Positions 11,025-19,127 of a stretch of 64,000 bases of DNA are shown piece by piece. A program made the position numbers and the translations under genes. The stretch is from assembly GCA_049968755.1 (NCBI GenBank), contig JBMFQE010000012.1:12608-76607 (forward strand), in the 5' to 3' direction. Position 1 is the first letter of the stretch. Each line of letters opens with the position of its first letter. The DNA is from Bacteroidales bacterium (GTDB lineage: Bacteria > Bacteroidota > Bacteroidia > Bacteroidales > DTGW01). Under the pieces are notes generated by a model. That model saw only the letters and a list, made by a program, of their open reading frames with translations. It searched no databases and was not told where the DNA came from.

Positions 11025-11032
11025 TAATTTTG
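11025..11032 (+). promoter_or_regulatory. Bacteroidota -7 promoter box (TAATTTTG) internal to the nuo cluster
   Basis: Exact match to the TAnnTTTG consensus, 28 nt upstream of the ATG at 11060, inside the 82-nt AT-rich nuoI-satD gap. It overlaps the second copy of the GTGATAAT direct repeat. Confidence 0.4.
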
Positions 11033-11059
11033 GGTATCAATATTTAGTTAAATTTTTCG

Positions 11060-11671
11060 ATGATAGCAGTGCTTACAGGCGATATCATAGGTTCGTCGAG
11101 GGTGAGCCCCGATAAATGGCTGAAGAGTTTAAAAGGAGCGTTTCAGCCGCTGGGAGAATCGCCCCGGCAGTGGGAGATATACCGTGGCGACAGTTTTCAG
11201 GCCGAAGTATCGGAACCGCTGGAAGCATTGCAAACGGGCATAAAAATAAAAGCTACCATTAAGTCCATAAAGGGGCTCGATGTACGGATAGCCATAGGTA
11301 TTGGTGAAAAAACATACCAGGCATCTCGCATAACCGAATGCAATGGAAGTGCCTTTGTTTACTCAGGACACAGATTCGATATACTGGAAAAAGAGAAAAT
11401 AAACCTGGGAATACAAAGTCCATGGCCGGATTTTGATCGGGAGATGAATCTTTACCTACGGCTTGCGCTGATAGCTATGGACAATTGGACGCCAAATGGG
11501 GCCAGCATGGTGCTGTTGGCGCTGGAACACTGGCATTTGTCGCAGGAACAGCTGGGCAAGCTGGTGGGCATAAAACAAAATACAGTAAGTACCAGACTTA
11601 AGCGGGCCTATTATGCCGAAATATTGGCTTTGCTGGATATGTTCAGGGAAAAACTAAAAACGAAGTTATGA
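11060..11671 (+). CDS. SatD-family-like protein (cyclase-like N-terminal domain plus C-terminal helix-turn-helix)
   Basis: 203 aa. The N-terminus MIAVLTGDIIGSS, then YRGDSFQ and VRIAIGIGE, match my recollection of SatD family proteins. The C-terminus SQEQLGKLVGIKQNTVSTRLKRA looks like an HTH. Not a complex I subunit. Confidence 0.65.
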   Translation: MIAVLTGDIIGSSRVSPDKWLKSLKGAFQPLGESPRQWEIYRGDSFQAEVSEPLEALQTGIKIKATIKSIKGLDVRIAIGIGEKTYQASRITECNGSAFVYSGHRFDILEKEKINLGIQSPWPDFDREMNLYLRLALIAMDNWTPNGASMVLLALEHWHLSQEQLGKLVGIKQNTVSTRLKRAYYAEILALLDMFREKLKTKL

Positions 11672-12393
11672 TATTATTTGTGAAGCTACTGCTGGCACAT
11701 CTGATTGCCGACTTTTTGCTGCAGCCTACCAGCTGGGTACAGGCAAAACGCAGGCATTTTATTGCCAGCTGGCAACTTTATCTGCACGCTTTGCTTCACG
11801 GGGTCATAGCATTTGCTTTTGTGGCCGACATTGCTTTTTGGCCCTGGGCACTGGCGTTAGCACTGGTCCATCTTGCAATCGACATAGCTAAACTTTACCT
11901 GATGCGGCGTTTCCCCCACATCGATTGGTTTTTCCCCGATCAGGCCGCCCACCTGCTTTCTCTCATTGCCATTGCTATGGCCATTACTAAACCACAGCTT
12001 GCAATCGTTTGGCTTGATAATCCTAAAATGTGGCTTACCCTCACAGCTACACTCCTGCTAACCTATCCAGCAGCCATTGCTATTAACCATATCATGCGCA
12101 AATGGACAAATGAGATTGAAGAATCATTAAGACTTTCCCTTAAAAATTCGGGAAAATACATTGGCATTTTTGAACGATTGCTCATCTTTACATTCATTTT
12201 ATACAACCAGTGGGCGGCTATTGGTTTGCTCATGACGGCAAAATCGGTTTTTCGTTTTGGAAACCTTCGGAATGAAAATAATCGCAAGCTTACGGAATAT
12301 ATCCTGCTGGGTTCTTTTGTAAGCTTGCTGTGGGCTGTAACGGTAAGCATAACCTATATTGGTGCATTGGATGTTGTTGCTAATAATAGATAA
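11668..12393 (+). CDS. DUF3307-type polytopic membrane protein (SatC-like partner of SatD)
   Basis: 241 aa. The N-terminal LLLAHLIADFLLQP (H-x3-D-F-x2-Q) is the DUF3307 hallmark as I recall it. About 6-7 hydrophobic segments. The start overlaps the satD-like stop (ATGA) and the gene ends 15 nt before nuoJ. Confidence 0.65.
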   Translation: MILFVKLLLAHLIADFLLQPTSWVQAKRRHFIASWQLYLHALLHGVIAFAFVADIAFWPWALALALVHLAIDIAKLYLMRRFPHIDWFFPDQAAHLLSLIAIAMAITKPQLAIVWLDNPKMWLTLTATLLLTYPAAIAINHIMRKWTNEIEESLRLSLKNSGKYIGIFERLLIFTFILYNQWAAIGLLMTAKSVFRFGNLRNENNRKLTEYILLGSFVSLLWAVTVSITYIGALDVVANNR

Positions 12394-12408
12394 CATAAAA
12401 CAGGTTAC

Positions 12409-12948
12409 ATGGATATATTATTTATTGTATCGTCGGTAGTAGCAGTCATTGCAAGTGCCATGGCCATAACCAGGCGCAATGCGGTACATGCACTGCTCTT
12501 CTTGATTGTATCGCTCATGGGCGTATCGATGATGATGTACACCATTGGAGCACCATACGCTGCAATACTCGAAATCATTGTGTATGCAGGTGCCATCATG
12601 ATGCTTTTTGTGTTTACGGTAATGATGCTCAACCTGAGTGTAAGCCCTGAAGATGAAAAACGTAAAACAGGGTTTAAAACATGGATTTTTCCGTTGTTTC
12701 TGGGGATTGTGTTATTGGGCATACTGGCAATAAGCTTTTTTCGCGATCCTTCGTGGAGTGGTCTGCATCAGGTTATCACGCCCAAACATGTGGGCATGCT
12801 TATGTTTAGCCGTTATCTTGTTCCCGTACAGCTGGCAGGTGTGTTATTGTTAGCAGCTATTGTAGGAGCTTATTATTTGGGACGTACCCGTAAACGCAAT
12901 TTACATCGATACTTGCAAAATAAGGAGGAAAGTTATGATACCCTTTGA
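12409..12948 (+). CDS. nuoJ: NADH-quinone oxidoreductase subunit J
   Basis: 179 aa hydrophobic protein with the ND6-like [16 protein letters not shown], positioned before nuoK. Confidence 0.9.
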   Translation: MDILFIVSSVVAVIASAMAITRRNAVHALLFLIVSLMGVSMMMYTIGAPYAAILEIIVYAGAIMMLFVFTVMMLNLSVSPEDEKRKTGFKTWIFPLFLGIVLLGILAISFFRDPSWSGLHQVITPKHVGMLMFSRYLVPVQLAGVLLLAAIVGAYYLGRTRKRNLHRYLQNKEESYDTL

Positions 12949-13237
12949 GATACAAATTCTGGTTGCCGCCTTTTTGTTTGCCATTGGGCTGATAGGGTTG
13001 TTAACCCGGCGTAATTTGATTTTTATGCTCATGAGTGTTGAAATAATGATGAATGCCGGAGCCTTTGCTTTTGTGGCTGCGGGGGCACGATGGACTCAAG
13101 CCGATGGACAGGTCATGTTTCTTTTTGTCCTTACCGTAGCCGCTGCTGAAGTAGCTATCGCCCTGGCCTTGCTTATACTCATGCACAAACATTTTAAAAC
13201 TGTCGATACCAATCAACTCAATAGCCTAAAAAACTAA
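12935..13237 (+). CDS. nuoK: NADH-quinone oxidoreductase subunit K
   Basis: 100 aa with three TM segments and the conserved membrane Glu residues ([16 protein letters not shown]). Overlaps nuoJ by 14 nt. Confidence 0.92.
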   Translation: MIPFEIQILVAAFLFAIGLIGLLTRRNLIFMLMSVEIMMNAGAFAFVAAGARWTQADGQVMFLFVLTVAAAEVAIALALLILMHKHFKTVDTNQLNSLKN

Positions 13238-15105
13238 TGATTATGACACAACCGATATGGTTATTACCCGCCCTGCCGTTTCTGGGATTCTTTATCCTGG
13301 CACTTTTGGGTCGATACCTCACAAAAAAATTTATTGCAGCTACCGGCATTGGGGTTATTGCGCTAAGCTTTCTGTATGCGCTTTATCTGGGTTCAACATT
13401 TTTAAATAATCCTGCACAGCGGATAGAATATACCCTCTGGGAATGGATACGTATTGGCTCGTTTGTCCCCACATTATCGCTTAGCATTGATGCATTGAGC
13501 CTGATTTTTATACTCGTGATCACCGGTGTTGGAGGGCTCATACACTGGTATTCGGCCGAATATATGGTAGAAGAAGAGGGCTACGCCCGATTTTTTGCCT
13601 ACATGAACCTGTTTGTGGGCTTTATGCTCACGCTGGTAATGGCCAGTAATCTGCTGGTCCTATATTTAGGATGGGAAGGGGTAGGTTTATGCTCATACCT
13701 GCTCATTGGATTTTTCTATCGCGATCCTGCCAACAACTATGCAGCACGCAAGGCTTTTATAGTTACCCGCATTGGCGACACAGCCCTTTTGATTGGACTT
13801 TTGCTTTTGATACGCGAATTTGGAACACTCGACATTATGACCATAGGCAATCACGCATCTGCAGTGATAGGGGGCAATACAGCACTCGCCACTGCAGTGG
13901 CGTTGCTCTTGTTGGGTGGTGCGGTAGGTAAATCGGCTCAGTTGCCCCTTCAGGTGTGGCTTCCCGATGCCATGGCTGGCCCTTCACCTGTGAGTGCGCT
14001 TATCCATGCGGCTACCATGGTTACCGCAGGGGTATACCTCATAGCCCGTACCCACGCCCTCTTTGTTCTCTCACCGATAGCCATGCAAATAGTTGCCATT
14101 GTAGGCGCTCTGACTCTGTTAATTGCGGCAATCAGTGCTCTTTTCCAGTACGACATCAAGCGCGTGCTGGCCTATTCCACCATCAGCCAGGTAGGATACA
14201 TGTTTCTAGCCCTGGGCGTAGGAGCCTGGAGCGCTGCCATCTTTCATTTTTTCATCCACGCCTTCTTTAAAGCCCTGTTGTTCCTTGCTGCAGGTGCCGT
14301 TATTATTGCTCTGCACCATGAGCAAAACATGTTTAAAATGGGCGGCCTTTACAAAAAACTACCCATAATTTTCTGGACTTTCCTTATCGGAAGCATTTCG
14401 CTTGCAGCTATTCCTTTCATCTCCGGAGGATTTTTTAGCAAGGACAGTATTATCTGGTATGCCTATGCCAGCGCCAATGGAAACATACTGCTATGGTCAA
14501 TGGCCACAGCCGGTGCCTTTATCACTTCGCTCTATACTTTCCGCATGATATTTATTACTTTCTTCGGACAAGAAAAATCTCAGATACACCACTTGCCCGG
14601 TAAAACCATGACCATTCCGCTGATTGTGCTTGCTATACTTACTACTTTTGGGGGATACATAGAGCTTCCGCATAATATTGCCCACATTCAGCTATTTTCC
14701 GACTTTCTTACCTCGACCTTACCTGCTGTTTCACTGAAAACAGCCCTTCCGTCGGAAGGATTATTTCAAATCATAGTGGCTATCCTTTCCCTTACAGGCA
14801 TCTGGTTGGCTTATCAGTTTTATTACAAAGCAGAACCCGTCTATAAAATTACGCCCTTACGGCAGTTTTTCCTGCAAGGATGGAATTTCGATAAATTATA
14901 CGACATTCTTTTTGTCCGACCATTTATTTGGCTTTCGAATGTAAATGCAGGCGACGCTATCGATGAAGTTTTCGACTACGCAGGTATTCAGCTTAAAAAG
15001 TTAGGCAATACCCTCGCCGTAACCGTCAATGGAAAAATCAACTGGTACTTAGCCAGTATGATTATTGGATTTATTATACTGATTGCATTTATGATCTGGA
15101 AATAA
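13237..15105 (+). CDS. nuoL: NADH-quinone oxidoreductase subunit L
   Basis: 622 aa antiporter-like subunit with WEGVGLCSYLLIGF and a long C-terminal extension. TAATG overlap with nuoK. Confidence 0.94.
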   Translation: MIMTQPIWLLPALPFLGFFILALLGRYLTKKFIAATGIGVIALSFLYALYLGSTFLNNPAQRIEYTLWEWIRIGSFVPTLSLSIDALSLIFILVITGVGGLIHWYSAEYMVEEEGYARFFAYMNLFVGFMLTLVMASNLLVLYLGWEGVGLCSYLLIGFFYRDPANNYAARKAFIVTRIGDTALLIGLLLLIREFGTLDIMTIGNHASAVIGGNTALATAVALLLLGGAVGKSAQLPLQVWLPDAMAGPSPVSALIHAATMVTAGVYLIARTHALFVLSPIAMQIVAIVGALTLLIAAISALFQYDIKRVLAYSTISQVGYMFLALGVGAWSAAIFHFFIHAFFKALLFLAAGAVIIALHHEQNMFKMGGLYKKLPIIFWTFLIGSISLAAIPFISGGFFSKDSIIWYAYASANGNILLWSMATAGAFITSLYTFRMIFITFFGQEKSQIHHLPGKTMTIPLIVLAILTTFGGYIELPHNIAHIQLFSDFLTSTLPAVSLKTALPSEGLFQIIVAILSLTGIWLAYQFYYKAEPVYKITPLRQFFLQGWNFDKLYDILFVRPFIWLSNVNAGDAIDEVFDYAGIQLKKLGNTLAVTVNGKINWYLASMIIGFIILIAFMIWK

Positions 15106-15117
15106 AAAATACAGGCT

Positions 15118-16647
15118 ATGATACTTTTAACCATCATACTTATTATTACCGCAGGAGCCTTTGTGGCTGGCCTCAGCTCGCGAATTCACCACCGGCTTCC
15201 TATCTATATTTCTGTGCTTAGCCAGCTGGGAGCACTTGTACTGGCTTTATGGCTACTGCTTTCATCTGGCAATATGAAGTTCTCACAAACCATATATGAT
15301 TTCAATGTACCTTGGATACCAGTGATTGGAGCCAACCTTCATCTATCCGTCGACGGTCTCAGCCTTTTGCTCATTGTGTTTACCCTGTTCATGGGCATCA
15401 TTGGCTCGTTGGTAAGTACTCGAATACCCCAGCCCGGATTCTTTCAATTTCTGTTTTTGTTGTTGCTGGGCGGCATCACGGGTATTTTCATGGCTACCGA
15501 TCTATTGCTATTCTTCTTTTTCTGGGAGATGATGCTGGTACCCATGTATTTGCTCATGGCTAAATATGCAGAGGTGGGAGAACAGCATGAAAATACACCC
15601 TTCAAATTTCTCGTCTATACTCAGGTAAGCGGCCTGATCATGCTGATCGGTATACTCACGCTTTTCTTCTTACACGGACGTCAAACGGGCATTTATTCAT
15701 TCGAACTATCGGATTTGATGCACACCACGTTACCGTTTGTGGTGTCCTTGCTTATTATGCTTTCATTTTTAGTGGCTTTTCTGGTTAAATTACCGGTAAT
15801 TCCGTTCCAGGGATGGATGCCAGCAGCGTTTTCTGCTTCGCCTGTAGCTGTAGTGCTAACTGGCATACTGGTAAAAACGGGGGCATATGGGATATTACGA
15901 TTGGCAATTCCGCTGTTTCCCGAGGCGTCGGTTATTTTTGCCCCTACCGCTATGGCGCTGGGTGTAGTTACCATCCTGTATGCTGGATTCATAGCTTACT
16001 CGAGTAACGATATTCGACGGATAGCCGCCTACAGCAGCATCAGCCACACGGGTTTTATACTTATAGGCCTATACGCCTTTAACCTGATGTCGTGGCAGGG
16101 AGTAATTTACCAGACGTTGGCCAGTGCCATTAGTGTAGGCGGACTGGCTATAATGGCCGACATTTTACACAAACGCGCTCAAACCTACGATATCACCCAA
16201 TTGGGTGGTTTGTGGAACAAAGCCCCGGTACTATCAGGTTTTGGACTTTTTATATCGCTTGCCCTGCTTGGCTTACCTGGTCTGGCCAACTTTATTGCCG
16301 AATTTCTGATCCTGGCCGGTGCATTTCAACAAAGTACTCTGGTAACCGTACTTGCCTCCGTGGGTATTGTGCTGGCAGCTGCTTATTCGCTACGTATTGT
16401 TCAAAAAATATATGTAGGAGAGTATAAAGGATCCAATCAAATATCCGATTTTACGCTGCGTGAGAAAATAATCATGGGTATACTGGTAGTTGTCCTAATT
16501 GTAGCAGGTTTATACAGCCGCCCCATTACACAGGCTACTGAGAAAGTACTGCAACAAACGCTGATAATAGATACAGGGCAGCCATCGTACCAATTGCCCG
16601 ACAATGCTGCCTCGGTAAAATTGTTATCAAACCCTCAAATCGATTAA
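15118..16647 (+). CDS. nuoM: NADH-quinone oxidoreductase subunit M
   Basis: 509 aa antiporter-like subunit with FFFFWEMMLVPMYLL and AYSSISHTGF. Confidence 0.93.
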   Translation: MILLTIILIITAGAFVAGLSSRIHHRLPIYISVLSQLGALVLALWLLLSSGNMKFSQTIYDFNVPWIPVIGANLHLSVDGLSLLLIVFTLFMGIIGSLVSTRIPQPGFFQFLFLLLLGGITGIFMATDLLLFFFFWEMMLVPMYLLMAKYAEVGEQHENTPFKFLVYTQVSGLIMLIGILTLFFLHGRQTGIYSFELSDLMHTTLPFVVSLLIMLSFLVAFLVKLPVIPFQGWMPAAFSASPVAVVLTGILVKTGAYGILRLAIPLFPEASVIFAPTAMALGVVTILYAGFIAYSSNDIRRIAAYSSISHTGFILIGLYAFNLMSWQGVIYQTLASAISVGGLAIMADILHKRAQTYDITQLGGLWNKAPVLSGFGLFISLALLGLPGLANFIAEFLILAGAFQQSTLVTVLASVGIVLAAAYSLRIVQKIYVGEYKGSNQISDFTLREKIIMGILVVVLIVAGLYSRPITQATEKVLQQTLIIDTGQPSYQLPDNAASVKLLSNPQID

Positions 16648-16649
16648 TT

Positions 16650-18047
16650 ATGTTTGTAGTTTTAGCACCTTTTTACATTACGCTAATAACACTTATTGTA
16701 GTGATGCTGGTTGTTTCGTTTTACCGCAACCACATGCTAACAGCAACCATGTCCTTTGTTGGCACCGGTATAGCTTTTATTACCCTATTCAATCATTGTA
16801 ATTGCTTGCCCGTATGGGCTCAGGATATGCTTGTCTTCGATAGCACCACCAGCATAATGCTGGGTATTACCCTGCTGACCACTATGGTGCTTATAATTAC
16901 AGGCTACAACTATTTTCAGCAAATAACCGACAAAAAGGAAGAATACTACCTGCTGTTGCTATCGTCGTTGCTGGGTGCAATGGTTATGATTGCTGCCCGT
17001 AACTTTGTAACATTCTTTTTGGGGCTCGAACTATTGTCGGTTCCGCTGTATGCTATGATTGCTTACCAGCGTACGCAGCGCGAGAGCGTTGAAGCCGGAA
17101 TAAAATATTTATTGCTGGCAGGTGCCTCTACAGCCTCGCTGGTATTTGGGCTTGCCCTCATGTACGGCGCCTCAGGAACCATGGATCTGTATACCTTTGC
17201 CCTGTATCTGTCTCAGCTGAAACAAATGCCTTCCTTTGTACTCGCGGGTATCGGATTGTTTGTGGGGAGCATCGCTTTTAAATTGGCGCTGGCACCTTTT
17301 CATGTATGGACCCCCGATGTGTATCAGGGTGCACCGGCCCCGGTCGCTGCCTACCTATCCTCCATCGGTAAAGTAGGTGCCTTTGTTTTTCTTTTACGTC
17401 TGTTACAGGAATCAAATATCCCAGCCAGTTCACCCATATTTTATATGCTGGTATTTCTTTCTGTCGCTTCCATGCTGACAGGTAACCTGATGGCACTGGG
17501 ACAGCAACATGTAAAACGTATCTTAGCCTTTTCCTCTATTGCGCACATGGGGTATTTGATTATAGCCCTGCTGGCCGGAGGCAACAATGGCTATCAGGCT
17601 GGCATGTTTTATCTGATAGTGTATATGATCAGCAGCGTAGGAGCTTTTAGCAGCATAGCCCTTCTCACCCAAAACCAGAAGGAACCTGCTGGCATTCAAA
17701 ATTATGAGCATTTGTTCCAGCGATCACCCCTGCTGGCAATTGTGTTTGTTGCCTCAGTATTATCGTTAGCGGGTATGCCACTGACGGCAGGATTTATTGC
17801 AAAAATTTACCTTGCCCTGGCCGGTGCCGGCGCTGCCCTATGGACCATGGTCATTTTGTTGGTTATCAACAGCGGAATAGGACTCTATTACTACATTCGG
17901 GTGATCACTGGCGTATTTAAAACGCACGATGCCCCTGAAAAAATACGCGTTCCTTTCCTCTCTGGAATAGCTATGGTCGTTATCCTTTTTGCTATCGTAT
18001 GGATAGGAGTAGCACCCGGTGGATTTTTGTATCTGCTAGTACCTTAG
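16650..18047 (+). CDS. nuoN: NADH-quinone oxidoreductase subunit N
   Basis: 465 aa antiporter-like subunit with GLELLSVPLY and AFSSIAHMGY; last gene of the cluster. Confidence 0.92.
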   Translation: MFVVLAPFYITLITLIVVMLVVSFYRNHMLTATMSFVGTGIAFITLFNHCNCLPVWAQDMLVFDSTTSIMLGITLLTTMVLIITGYNYFQQITDKKEEYYLLLLSSLLGAMVMIAARNFVTFFLGLELLSVPLYAMIAYQRTQRESVEAGIKYLLLAGASTASLVFGLALMYGASGTMDLYTFALYLSQLKQMPSFVLAGIGLFVGSIAFKLALAPFHVWTPDVYQGAPAPVAAYLSSIGKVGAFVFLLRLLQESNIPASSPIFYMLVFLSVASMLTGNLMALGQQHVKRILAFSSIAHMGYLIIALLAGGNNGYQAGMFYLIVYMISSVGAFSSIALLTQNQKEPAGIQNYEHLFQRSPLLAIVFVASVLSLAGMPLTAGFIAKIYLALAGAGAALWTMVILLVINSGIGLYYYIRVITGVFKTHDAPEKIRVPFLSGIAMVVILFAIVWIGVAPGGFLYLLVP

Positions 18048-18215
18048 GCGCTGAAAAACTTTACCCAATTAAGCCATTCGTTTGCTTCGCTATTAATGAC
18101 TTTGCTGGGGTGAAAATAACATGGACAACAGTGATTTTTTAGTAGGACCAACATTTTTTTTCTTTTCCGTATTATTTGTATCTTTACCCCATCATTTATA
18201 CAAACAATTGTAGTA

Positions 18216-19091
18216 ATGGAAAATCAGGTTTCGAACAGGAAGGTTCAGGTTATACTGACAGTTATTGTTGTCATCCTGGCCATAGCATTAGGCGCCCTGT
18301 ATATGCAGTACAATAAGATGAAAACCGACAACGCTATTGTTCAGGAGGCTCTGGAAGAACAAAAAGAGTCGCTGACCAACGAACTCAAGGACATGATGTC
18401 GGAATACGAGGGGCTGAAAAGTGAGAATGACAGCCTTAACAATCTTATAAGTCAGCAACAAGACAGGATTCGGCGGTTGCTTGCCATCAATGCCAGTAAT
18501 CTTGAAAAAATCAAAATATACAAGCGCGAGCTGGCAACCCTGCGCGAGATCATGCGCAGCTATATAGTGCAAATCGATTCGCTCAATCAGCGCAATCAGA
18601 AGCTTGTGTCGGAAAATTTAGAGGTAAGAAACGCGCTGGAGGAAGCGCGCAAAAACAATGAAGCTCTTTCGAAAGAGCACGAAACCATGAGTAGTAAATT
18701 GCAGAGTGCAGCTATACTTTCGGCTAAAAATATTTCCGTAACCCTGCTTAACAAACGCGGCAAGGAAACCGAACGTTCAAGCCGTGTGGCAAAAATTAAG
18801 ACCTGTTTTACGGTACGCGAAAATCCGCTGGTAGACGCCGGCGAAAAAATAATCTATCTCCGCCTTACTCGCCCCGATAATCTGGTGCTATCCTCTTCCG
18901 AACAGGATGTTATCCAGTACGAAGGACGCCAGATAGCTTACTCGGCAAAACGTGCCATCCAGTATGAGCAAAAGGACATAGACGTTTGTATTTACTGGGA
19001 TAATGCGGGCGAGTTAATTACGGGAGTCTATACGATCGACCTGTTTTGTGAAGGGAAACTCATAGGCACCACAACCTTTCAAATTAAATAA
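18216..19091 (+). CDS. membrane-anchored coiled-coil protein, function unknown
   Basis: 291 aa. One N-terminal TM segment (VILTVIVVILAIALGAL), about 150 aa of heptad-like E/K/L/N-rich sequence, and a C-terminal beta-rich region. No family recognised. Confidence 0.6.
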   Translation: MENQVSNRKVQVILTVIVVILAIALGALYMQYNKMKTDNAIVQEALEEQKESLTNELKDMMSEYEGLKSENDSLNNLISQQQDRIRRLLAINASNLEKIKIYKRELATLREIMRSYIVQIDSLNQRNQKLVSENLEVRNALEEARKNNEALSKEHETMSSKLQSAAILSAKNISVTLLNKRGKETERSSRVAKIKTCFTVRENPLVDAGEKIIYLRLTRPDNLVLSSSEQDVIQYEGRQIAYSAKRAIQYEQKDIDVCIYWDNAGELITGVYTIDLFCEGKLIGTTTFQIK

Positions 19092-19096
19092 CTGTA

Positions 19097-19127
19097 AACG
19101 GCACGGAAAAGGTGCCGTTATTTTTTT
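19097..19127. terminator. intrinsic terminator hairpin shared by convergent genes
   Basis: AACGGCAC-GGAAAAG-GTGCCGTT followed by A+T7, 6 nt after the stop at 19091. It overlaps the stop codon of the minus-strand kinase gene. Confidence 0.7.

Noticed and set aside
13671-14270. Alternative-frame ORFs inside nuoL (86 aa and 104 aa, plus strand)
   Set aside because: They overlap the NuoL reading frame, which has clear antiporter-subunit motifs. Their translations are Arg/Cys/His-rich nonsense typical of off-frame reading.
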